From contig JACQSC010000004.1 in NCBI GenBank assembly GCA_016206155.1, positions 217,910 through 281,909 of the forward strand: DNA of 64,000 nucleotides. The letters run 5' to 3'. The notes beneath the pieces were generated by a model. That model was not told where the DNA came from, made no database searches, and saw nothing but the letters and a program-made list of their open reading frames with translations. The position numbers were made by a program, and so were the translations under genes. Each line of letters begins with the position of its first letter. The first letter of the stretch is position 1. This document shows, in pieces, positions 18,954 through 26,613 of the stretch. Source of the stretch: Candidatus Uhrbacteria bacterium (lineage in GTDB: Bacteria > Patescibacteriota > Patescibacteriia > JACQRZ01).

Positions 18954-20120
18954 ATGAAATGGATTCACCCCACTGTCATTTCCCTGATGAGCGTTATCGG
19001 AGCTGCATTTTTTCTCTTTCCCGGAGAGGTGTCGGCGCAAGAGGGAATTATTCCCCAGTGTGCCTGGGCAGCAGGAGAGACCTATGGCCTTGGCGCGTTT
19101 ACCCTACTTGCGATAAACGTTCTCAAGTTCATCTGGGGCATTTTAGGCAGTCTTGCCCTCGTGATGTTCGTCTGGGGCGGTTTTCTCTGGCTCACTGCGC
19201 GCGGAGAAGAGAATCAAATTAAGCAGGGATGGGACACGCTCGTCAACGCCGCTATAGGCCTCTTAATAGTGCTTGGCAGCTGGCTGATTATCAATACGAT
19301 TATCCTCTCCCTGACAACGCCGGGCGACTGGAGTAAAGTCGCGCGGGTTTTTTCCAAGGATTGGTCTGAGCTTGTCAGAGGAGATATTTGCGTCAATGTT
19401 GCCGCGAGCGTGAAAAGCTGGGGAATGGGAAAGGCGGCATCCGGCTCGGCGGCAACCGGTGGGGGGGATGGTGTATGTTGTCTGGAGAGTAATTTAGGCG
19501 CAGTATTTAACAAGGGCGTAAATGAAGATCGTTGCAAGCAGCTATTAATCAAACTTGCAAATAACGGTGCTAGCAGACAGCCGACAGCATACTATTGTCC
19601 TTCATCTGTCGATGAATCCGTATGTGGAAACAAAGAGATACGAGGGGGCGCTCGCTATAATCCTGATGACAAGACGGGTGAATATTGGAGAATGAATTGT
19701 TCTTCTGGACAGGTAGTCTACTCGATTATAAATAAAGGTGATGTATGCGCGGATGATAAAAAAATTTGCCGGGAACCTTATGTGTGTCTCCCAACGGGAG
19801 GGGGGAAGAAGTGTGTCGATGAGAACGAACAAGGAAAGTGTGTTTTGGTTGTTTCGGCTACCCTTGGTAGCGAGACGAAAAAAATTGTTGCGACATTCGA
19901 TACTGGCACGAAGAGAGATGATTGCAAAGGAAAAACATATCCAAACACAACGATTACTATGAATTCGCAGAGTTGGACTATAACGGGCGTTGAATATATT
20001 CAATGGTGTGAACAAGACGCATCAGATGGAAGCGTGTGGTCATCCGATTCTTCGCCAGGAATCAACGCAGTTGAAAAAGAATTTGGAAGGTGGGGAAGAA
20101 CGTGCGTTTCTGTAAAGTAG
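18954..20120 (+). CDS. Pilin-like paralog P1: TrbC/VirB2-like two-helix core followed by a 270-aa Cys-rich C-terminal extension
   Basis: Signal peptide, then the core FVWGGFLWLTARGEENQIKQGWDTLVNAAIGLLIVLGSW. Confidence 0.55.
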   Translation: MKWIHPTVISLMSVIGAAFFLFPGEVSAQEGIIPQCAWAAGETYGLGAFTLLAINVLKFIWGILGSLALVMFVWGGFLWLTARGEENQIKQGWDTLVNAAIGLLIVLGSWLIINTIILSLTTPGDWSKVARVFSKDWSELVRGDICVNVAASVKSWGMGKAASGSAATGGGDGVCCLESNLGAVFNKGVNEDRCKQLLIKLANNGASRQPTAYYCPSSVDESVCGNKEIRGGARYNPDDKTGEYWRMNCSSGQVVYSIINKGDVCADDKKICREPYVCLPTGGGKKCVDENEQGKCVLVVSATLGSETKKIVATFDTGTKRDDCKGKTYPNTTITMNSQSWTITGVEYIQWCEQDASDGSVWSSDSSPGINAVEKEFGRWGRTCVSVK

Positions 20121-20125
20121 CATCG

Positions 20126-20933
20126 AGTGATGGGGTCAGTAATGCAGTAATGGGGTCAGTGCAGTAATGGGGTCAGGAGCCATTATTTTTAAGTTATGAT
20201 ATGCTATAATCATGCCACGAACTATACGATCCGATATTGCCGACATGAGCTATCACGTTATTAATCGAGCCAATGCTCGTGTGCAGATTTTTTCTACCCA
20301 GCAAGAATTTCGACAATTCGAAGACGCTCTTTCAGAAGCGCGTGAAAAGACTGGGATGCGTATTTATGCATACGTTATCATGCCAAACCACTGGCATTTA
20401 GTTGTTTCACCATGTGCTGATGGAGATCTTAAACGATTTATGGCGTGCCTTACCATGACGCATACACAACGCTGGCACAGAGACCACAATTCCGTTGGCA
20501 CGGGGCATCTTTATCAGGGGCGATATAAAGCGTTTATTGTTGGTACAGATGACTATTTTATTACAGTTTGTCGTTATGTTGAACAAAATCCACTACGCGC
20601 AAACCTTACACCTCGTGCGGATGAGTGGAGGTGGGGCAGTCTCTGGAGAAGACAGTTTGGGTCAAGAGAAGAAAAAGCAATGCTTTCATCATGGATAACG
20701 GAAGCGCCACGATCATATCTTCAGTGGGTGAACGAGCGCGATGAAGATGATCGCCTTGAACGTATTCGTACATGTGTGAATAGGGGGCGCCCCTTTGGCT
20801 CTCCGACTTGGACAGAAGAAATAGTTAAGCGTTTTAAGTTAGAATCAACCCTTCGTTCTGTCGGGAGGCCATGGGATAAAAATAATGGCTCCTGACCCCA
20901 TTAACCTTTGAACTGACCCCATTAACCTTTGAA
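20126..20933 (+). mobile_element. REP-RAYT unit: inverted REP-like repeats flanking an IS200-like Y1 transposase
   Basis: Three copies of GCAGTAATGGGGTCAGT at 20126..20177 and two copies of CTGACCCCATTAACCTTTGAA at 20892..20933, in opposite orientations. Confidence 0.7.
20212..20895 (+). CDS. REP-associated tyrosine transposase (IS200/IS605-like Y1 TnpA)
   Basis: HuH motif PNHWHLVV and catalytic Tyr context YQGRYK. Confidence 0.8.
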   Translation: MPRTIRSDIADMSYHVINRANARVQIFSTQQEFRQFEDALSEAREKTGMRIYAYVIMPNHWHLVVSPCADGDLKRFMACLTMTHTQRWHRDHNSVGTGHLYQGRYKAFIVGTDDYFITVCRYVEQNPLRANLTPRADEWRWGSLWRRQFGSREEKAMLSSWITEAPRSYLQWVNERDEDDRLERIRTCVNRGRPFGSPTWTEEIVKRFKLESTLRSVGRPWDKNNGS

Positions 20934-21710
20934 ATGAGAAAAATGAGAATTGACACCATTTTACTTTTGCTGAGCGGGATTTTATTTTTCGCGGGAAGTG
21001 GCGACATTGCTTTTGCTGGAAGGGGCGGTAATACACCATGTCCAGACACCTACGCCGTTAGATCACCCTATTTGGCGACACCTGCCGGCTGCAGCAGTTT
21101 ATGTGTGAGCGAAGGGTATGCCTATGGCAGTGCAACTACATGTGACAATGAGACGGCATGCCTTTGTTCTGGCACTGGCACTGGCGGTGGAGGGGCTGGC
21201 GGGTCTGGAGCTAGCGCGGGATCCGGTTCGGGAAGCGGTGGATCTACTGGTGCGGCAAAGTCCGCGTGCCCCGGAGCATTTTTGAGTCCGCCTTCGGACC
21301 CAGTTGCGTGTGGAGTGGCGTGCGGGAAAGCAGATTTTCGTCAGTCGAAGTTTGATAGTGATGGATTTTCAAACGGAGCCGCAAAATGCTGTTGTTACGA
21401 ACGTAGGGGAGCCAGTACACCAAATGATGAAAAAAATAAGGCGGCATTCGGACCCGAAGTCGCCAGTCCCTTTGGGCCTAAGTTTAACGTTCCCGAACTT
21501 ATCGGAGACACACTTCGGCGGTTTTTGGAAATTATCGGCATCATCGCGCTGGTGATTTTTATCTACGGTGGATTTCTGTGGATGATATCGCTTGGGGACG
21601 AGACGCGGGTCAAACGCGGCCGCGAAACCATGATCTGGGCGGGTATGGGGCTCATCGCGATTTTGGGAAGCTATATTGTTATTAAATTTATCCTCGACGC
21701 CGTGCTTTAA
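20934..21710 (+). CDS. Pilin-like paralog P2 (Cys/Gly-rich ectodomain plus conserved C-terminal core)
   Basis: C-terminal core IYGGFLWMISLGDETRVKRGRETMIWAGMGLIAILGSY. Confidence 0.6.
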   Translation: MRKMRIDTILLLLSGILFFAGSGDIAFAGRGGNTPCPDTYAVRSPYLATPAGCSSLCVSEGYAYGSATTCDNETACLCSGTGTGGGGAGGSGASAGSGSGSGGSTGAAKSACPGAFLSPPSDPVACGVACGKADFRQSKFDSDGFSNGAAKCCCYERRGASTPNDEKNKAAFGPEVASPFGPKFNVPELIGDTLRRFLEIIGIIALVIFIYGGFLWMISLGDETRVKRGRETMIWAGMGLIAILGSYIVIKFILDAVL

Positions 21711-21747
21711 CCATTGACACAATTTTCCAAAAGTATATACTATTGGT

Positions 21748-22029
21748 ATGAATACATACGCTGTTGTCAATATAAAAACCGACCCAAAGGTCAAGGATCG
21801 CGCAGCGCGCGTTGCGGAGAAACTCGGGGTGAGCATCAACGCCGTACTCAACAACGAGCTCCGTCGTTTTGCCCTTGAAGAGAGCGTAACGTTTGACACA
21901 CCGTCCGCGCCGAATCTCAGCACGCAAAAAACGCTTACTCGCTCTCGTAAGCAGATTGAGCGGGGCGATTATTATCGTTTTCAGGACAACGGGGCGGCTA
22001 TTGATTTTTTGCGCTGCGAACTTCAATGA
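21748..22029 (+). CDS. dinJ: RelB/DinJ-family antitoxin
   Basis: N-terminus NIKTDPKVKDRAARVAEKLGVSINAVLN. Confidence 0.65.
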   Translation: MNTYAVVNIKTDPKVKDRAARVAEKLGVSINAVLNNELRRFALEESVTFDTPSAPNLSTQKTLTRSRKQIERGDYYRFQDNGAAIDFLRCELQ

Positions 22030-22283
22030 TTATTTCGTATTCAAAAAATTTTATAAAGCAGGCGAAAAAACTTCCCCATCCCATTCGCGAACAACTCACA
22101 GAACGTATCATCCGTTTTAGCACAAACCCCCTTGACCCGCTTCTTCGGAATCATAAACTTAAAGGCGCATGGAGAGAATATGGAAGTATAAATGTTACCG
22201 GCGATTATCGAGCACTCTATTTTTTGCGTGGCGATGAAGTAATTTTTGACCACGTTGGCACTCATGCACAGCTCTATGAATAA
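22026..22283 (+). CDS. yafQ: RelE/YafQ-family mRNA-interferase toxin
   Basis: 85 aa, overlaps dinJ by 4 nt, C-terminal motif GDYRALYFLRGDEVIFDHVGTHAQLY. Confidence 0.6.
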   Translation: MIISYSKNFIKQAKKLPHPIREQLTERIIRFSTNPLDPLLRNHKLKGAWREYGSINVTGDYRALYFLRGDEVIFDHVGTHAQLYE

Positions 22284-22326
22284 AGAAACGAGACGCGTGT
22301 CAAAGGCGGCGCGTTAAATACGATAT

Positions 22327-22875
22327 ATGAAAAGGACTATCTTTTTTGTAGCAGTAATTTTTTTGGGGAGCGGTTTTTCTTTGCCAATACCCGCCAGTGC
22401 CCTTAACGCATGTGGGGGCCAGCCACTTGCCGGGACAGTATCCAATCCTATTAATAGTGAGGGGGAATGCAGAACAAAATGTTCAGGCCTTGGAGGGGGG
22501 TATACATTTAAAGAGTATAGCGCCGGCGGTTTTACCGGACTCGATCCGAGCAAAAAATTTACATGTTGCTGTGGGAGACAGCCAGCCGGAGGCGCAGTCT
22601 GCCCTGCCGGTCTGACGTGCCTTGACGATCCGCTTGGCACTGCGGACATTCCTACACTCATCGGTTTGGTTCTGCGCGGGCTCTTTGCCATCATCGGCGC
22701 CATTGCGCTTATTATTTTCATTTATGGCGGCGCGCTCTGGATGACGGCATTTGGGGAAGAGGCAAAAGTGAAGAGGGGATGGGACACCATGATCTGGGGG
22801 GCTATCGGGTTGGTGGTGATCTTTGGCAGCTACGTCGCGGTTGACTTTATCCTCAAGGCAATCCTTGGAAGCTAG
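22327..22875 (+). CDS. Pilin-like paralog P3
   Basis: Core IYGGALWMTAFGEEAKVKRGWDTMIWGAIGLVVIFGSY. Confidence 0.6.
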   Translation: MKRTIFFVAVIFLGSGFSLPIPASALNACGGQPLAGTVSNPINSEGECRTKCSGLGGGYTFKEYSAGGFTGLDPSKKFTCCCGRQPAGGAVCPAGLTCLDDPLGTADIPTLIGLVLRGLFAIIGAIALIIFIYGGALWMTAFGEEAKVKRGWDTMIWGAIGLVVIFGSYVAVDFILKAILGS

Positions 22876-22929
22876 ACAAGTCACGCCGAAGCTCGCCACC
22901 GCCGAAGGCTATGGCGCAGCGAAGGTGGA

Positions 22930-22959
22930 TTGACACCATTTGGCGTTTTTTTGTATAAT
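22930..22959 (+). promoter_or_regulatory. sigma70-like promoter upstream of P4
   Basis: TTGACA at 22930..22935, an 18-nt spacer, and TATAAT at 22954..22959. Confidence 0.45.
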
Positions 22960-22975
22960 ATAAGAAGCATCTCTG

Positions 22976-23416
22976 TTGATAACTTTTAACCATATAAGAA
23001 TAGGTATGGGTACACAATTTTTGCGACACGTGATCGCAGGAGCGATGTTCTCGTTTCTTGCGTTTGGACTTTTGGGCGCCCCGGCATTTGCCGAGGAGTT
23101 TAATGTGAATAACCCGTTGGATTATATCCGTCCGGGAAGTAACACAGTTGAGGACGCCATTCCGGGGAGATACAAAGACCCCCGCGAGATTGTCAGGGAT
23201 ATTATTAACATTTTTTTGGGGTTCTTGGGGGTTATTGCCGTGATTATCATCCTCATGGCTGGCTTCCAGTGGATGACCGCCGGCGGTGAGGAGGAAAAGG
23301 TTGCCGAGGCGCGCCAGCGTTTGATCCAGGGTGCCATCGGACTGGTACTGATTATTGCCGCGTGGATCATCGCGTACTTCGTTATAGACCAGCTCGTTAA
23401 GGCAATTCAGAGATAA
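22976..23416 (+). CDS. Pilin-like paralog P4
   Basis: Core MAGFQWMTAGGEEEKVAEARQRLIQGAIGLVLIIAAW. Confidence 0.65.
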   Translation: MITFNHIRIGMGTQFLRHVIAGAMFSFLAFGLLGAPAFAEEFNVNNPLDYIRPGSNTVEDAIPGRYKDPREIVRDIINIFLGFLGVIAVIIILMAGFQWMTAGGEEEKVAEARQRLIQGAIGLVLIIAAWIIAYFVIDQLVKAIQR

Positions 23417-23571
23417 TTGAATCTGGCGAATAACATTCACCAGATTCATCCCGCACATGGTTGCGGGATCCAGAAGCACTATCTGTAAAGACATTCATTC
23501 AATAGTAACACACCATAGGTCAGTAAAAAACGTTTCTTGCTAATTTCAATTAATATTAATAATAGAAAAAT

Positions 23572-24015
23572 ATGAGTACACGACTCATGAAACACATTAT
23601 GGCGGGAGCGATGTTCTCGTTCCTTGCATTGGGACTATTGGGCGGACCAATGCTTGCTGGCGCAGCGGATGGTCCGACAATTGACCCAAAGACTTTCAAG
23701 GTAAATGCTCCGGAGCAGTATTTTGGCGCGAATTCCGGAGAAGGATATACGAGTGTTGGCCCCGGCAAGTACAAGGATCCGCGGGAGCTTGCAAAGAACA
23801 TTATCAATATCATTCTTGGCTTTCTCGGTATTGTTGCCGTGATCATCATCCTCATGGCGGGCTTCCAGTGGATGACCGCCGGCGGAGAAGAGGAAAAGGT
23901 TACCGAGGCACGCCAGCGTTTGATTCAGGGCGCCATCGGACTTGTGCTCATTATCGCCGCATGGATTATCGCCTACTTCGTTATTGACCAGCTCGTTAAG
24001 GCAATTCAGACGTAA
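23572..24015 (+). CDS. Pilin-like paralog P5
   Basis: Its C-terminal 70 aa are nearly identical to P4; the N-terminal ectodomain is different. Confidence 0.65.
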   Translation: MSTRLMKHIMAGAMFSFLALGLLGGPMLAGAADGPTIDPKTFKVNAPEQYFGANSGEGYTSVGPGKYKDPRELAKNIINIILGFLGIVAVIIILMAGFQWMTAGGEEEKVTEARQRLIQGAIGLVLIIAAWIIAYFVIDQLVKAIQT

Positions 24016-24021
24016 CTATTC

Positions 24022-24462
24022 GTGAGAATGACCATCCAAGACACCGTCGAAAACGTGTCAAGGGCGGAGCGCTTGAGGATACTGCTTGGCAGGGCGGTGT
24101 TGGGGCTTTTAGGCGCGGCGCTGCTCTTTGCGCCGCTCGTCGTGGCACAAGGAGCCATAACGTCTGCAAATACGGGATTGAACGAAACCGCAAGAAATGC
24201 GGGGTATCAGACGACCAATGTCTCGATCCCCCAGTTTGTCGGAACGGTTATTAATGCCGCACTCGGCATTATCGGTGTTATCTTCTTGGTGCTTATCGTC
24301 TATGGCGGTATGCTCTGGATGCTTTCGGAGGGAGATGAAACGAAGATTGGCAGCGCCCGAGGGCTCATCTTCCACTCGATTATCGGTTTGATTCTTGTTC
24401 TTTCTGCCTACGCGATCACTTCGTTTGTTGTGGGATCCATTATAAAAGGCACGCTGAATTAA
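24022..24462 (+). CDS. Pilin-like paralog P6
   Basis: Core VYGGMLWMLSEGDETKIGSARGLIFHSIIGLILVLSAY. Confidence 0.6.
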   Translation: MRMTIQDTVENVSRAERLRILLGRAVLGLLGAALLFAPLVVAQGAITSANTGLNETARNAGYQTTNVSIPQFVGTVINAALGIIGVIFLVLIVYGGMLWMLSEGDETKIGSARGLIFHSIIGLILVLSAYAITSFVVGSIIKGTLN

Positions 24463-24503
24463 AGTACGACTTGCGCAGGCGGGCACATTTCATCGTCGTG
24501 GGG

Positions 24504-24821
24504 CCACCATTTATGGCAAACCTTAAACAGGAGATAAACGCAAAACTTCAAAACGCCGGAGAAGCGAATGCGGGGTATGCGAGCACAGATATCGCAGCAG
24601 TTATCGGCAACGTCGTTCTCACTCTTTTAACGATTCTTGGCGTTGTCTTTATTGTTCTCATTGTCTTTGCGGGATTTAGGTGGATGCTCGCGCAGGGCGA
24701 GGAGCAAAAAATTACCGAGGCCCGCAATCTCATCATTCATTCAATTATCGGACTTCTGGTCGTATTAGCCGCATATGCCATCAGTTACTTTGTCATCAGC
24801 GCACTCCAAAAAGCCGTCTAG
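24504..24821 (+). CDS. Pilin-like paralog P7 (core only, no obvious signal peptide)
   Basis: Core FAGFRWMLAQGEEQKITEARNLIIHSIIGLLVVLAAY. Start chosen at MANLKQ; the ORF track starts it at 24471. Confidence 0.5.
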   Translation, partial: PPFMANLKQEINAKLQNAGEANAGYASTDIAAVIGNVVLTLLTILGVVFIVLIVFAGFRWMLAQGEEQKITEARNLIIHSIIGLLVVLAAYAISYFVISALQKAV

Positions 24822-25230
24822 ACTAGAAGGGGTTGGTCGTACGCTTGCGCGACTTACTCTTGTTTCAAGCGCGCTTTCCTTCATCGTCGCGCTTCTTGTT
24901 GTAACCACGGAGACCCACGCGCTCACCGCGCCAATACTTGAGAAGCTGAATATCGCGCGCAACGTTGCCTGGGGGCCGACGGCGCAGCAGAGCATCGGCC
25001 TTATCGTCGGAAGCGTTATCCTTACAGCTCTTGGCTTGCTCGGCGTTATATTTGTGGTACTCTTAACCTATGGAGGGTTCCTGTGGCTTACGTCCGCCGG
25101 CGAGGAGGACAAGGCAAAAAAAGCGCGGGATCTCATTGTTAACTCACTGATAGGCATCTTCATCGTGATTGCGGCGTACAGCATCGGCTACTTTGTCCTT
25201 TCGCGATTGAGTGAGGCAGTAGTAACATGA
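24775..25230 (+). CDS. Pilin-like paralog P8
   Basis: Core TYGGFLWLTSAGEEDKAKKARDLIVNSLIGIFIVIAAY. It overlaps the end of P7, and I found no alternative in-frame start. Confidence 0.55.
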   Translation: MPSVTLSSAHSKKPSRLEGVGRTLARLTLVSSALSFIVALLVVTTETHALTAPILEKLNIARNVAWGPTAQQSIGLIVGSVILTALGLLGVIFVVLLTYGGFLWLTSAGEEDKAKKARDLIVNSLIGIFIVIAAYSIGYFVLSRLSEAVVT

Positions 25231-25628
25231 AAAAGTTTTTTCTCCTTTTTGGCATAGCTCTTTTTTTGGCCACGCCGACACTAGCATTCGGTGCAAGCGT
25301 TCTTGAGAATGCCCTGTACGCAGATCCGACCTCCGAAACCAATAAGCTGCTCAATAAATTTGTGCCCGGGGCAGGGGTGATAAAAACACCAGGTGTTATT
25401 GTCTTTGAAGTTCTTCAAATTATTTTGGGATTCCTTGGCATTGTCGGTGTTATCATGATGATTTATGCCGGTTTTCTCTGGCTCACCGCCGGTGGGGAAG
25501 AAGAGAAGGCAAAGCAAGGGCGCACCATTCTCTTTCAGGCAATTATTGGAATTCTTATTGTCTTGGCGTCGTATACTATTACCTATTTTATCATTGCGCA
25601 GCTTACCACCGCGGTTGTAAACCGATAG
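25227..25628 (+). CDS. Pilin-like paralog P9
   Basis: Core IYAGFLWLTAGGEEEKAKQGRTILFQAIIGILIVLASY. Confidence 0.65.
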   Translation: MKKFFLLFGIALFLATPTLAFGASVLENALYADPTSETNKLLNKFVPGAGVIKTPGVIVFEVLQIILGFLGIVGVIMMIYAGFLWLTAGGEEEKAKQGRTILFQAIIGILIVLASYTITYFIIAQLTTAVVNR

Positions 25629-25632
25629 GGCC

Positions 25633-26067
25633 ATGGGGAAAACACCTTTCATTTTTTTTTCACTCCTCCTCGCGTTGTTTTTTATCCTATCGCCGGTATT
25701 TGCGGAAAATCCGCTCCAGGCAGGCACCACGCGCACTACTATTCTTGGGAATTACGTCCACGGGGAAACTACTCAGTTTAATTGGTTTACAAAAGGATTT
25801 GGCGTCGATGATGTTTCCGATGTTGCGTGGCCCAATACCATTGCACGAAGGATAGTTAACATCGTGTTTAGTTTTTTGGGCATTGTTACCGTTATCGTTA
25901 TTATCTATGCCGGCTTCCTCTGGATAACCGCCGGCGGGGAAGAGGAAAAGGCAAAGCAGGGCCGCACGCTCCTATTCCAGGCGTTTATTGGTTTGGTTAT
26001 TATTTTATCAGCCTATCTTGTTTCCTACTTTACCATAGACCAGCTCGTTAAAGCGATTATGAAATGA
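25633..26067 (+). CDS. Pilin-like paralog P10
   Basis: Core IYAGFLWITAGGEEEKAKQGRTLLFQAFIGLVIILSAY. Confidence 0.65.
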   Translation: MGKTPFIFFSLLLALFFILSPVFAENPLQAGTTRTTILGNYVHGETTQFNWFTKGFGVDDVSDVAWPNTIARRIVNIVFSFLGIVTVIVIIYAGFLWITAGGEEEKAKQGRTLLFQAFIGLVIILSAYLVSYFTIDQLVKAIMK

Positions 26068-26474
26068 GGTATATTTTTACATTTTTTTTTGTTGCCATAA
26101 GCATTGCTATGATTGCGAGCTTGCCGACGTTTGCGGCAACCAGCCAATTGAAGGATGCCGCACTTTTTGGCGACAACTCTCAATTCAAAGAGTTTTTGGA
26201 AAAATGGGGCGTAACAAAGGATAAACCTCCCACAGAACCAGGCACAATTGCCCAGCGCATTGTTGCGGTTGTCTTTAGCTTTCTTGGCATTGTTGCCGTT
26301 ATTGTGATGATCTATGCGGGCTTTCTTTGGATGACCGCCGGCGGGGAGGAAGAGAAGGCAAAACAGGGCCGCACGCTCCTGTTTCAGGCGTTTATCGGAT
26401 CACTCATCGTGCTTGCGTCGTATTCAGTCACATATTTTGTACTATATATGCTCACTCTCTCAGTCTCTCCCTAG
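26064..26474 (+). CDS. Pilin-like paralog P11
   Basis: Core IYAGFLWMTAGGEEEKAKQGRTLLFQAFIGSLIVLASY. Confidence 0.65.
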   Translation: MRYIFTFFFVAISIAMIASLPTFAATSQLKDAALFGDNSQFKEFLEKWGVTKDKPPTEPGTIAQRIVAVVFSFLGIVAVIVMIYAGFLWMTAGGEEEKAKQGRTLLFQAFIGSLIVLASYSVTYFVLYMLTLSVSP

Positions 26475-26478
26475 CTTT

Positions 26479-26613
26479 GAATTACGAAACTCCTCTGTAT
26501 CGCGTATTGTCCATAGGGACCGGGTATTTTTCTGCTGAAAAATCCCTTAAACTCGGGCCGTCGCCCTCCGTATGTCCCTCTGGACAACAACCCGATACAG
26601 AGTTTCGTAATTC
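26479..26613. repeat. Structured intergenic element 'type A', copy 2
   Basis: Outer stem gaattacgaaactc/gagtttcgtaattc; inner stem ctctgtatcg/cgatacagag; core highly similar to 12733..12838. Confidence 0.6.

Noticed and set aside
22976-26474. The repeated ~200-nt conserved 3' portions of the pilin-like genes as a nucleotide-level repeat array or CRISPR
   Set aside because: The conservation is at the protein level, within complete ORFs with signal peptides; the spacing is gene-sized and irregular.
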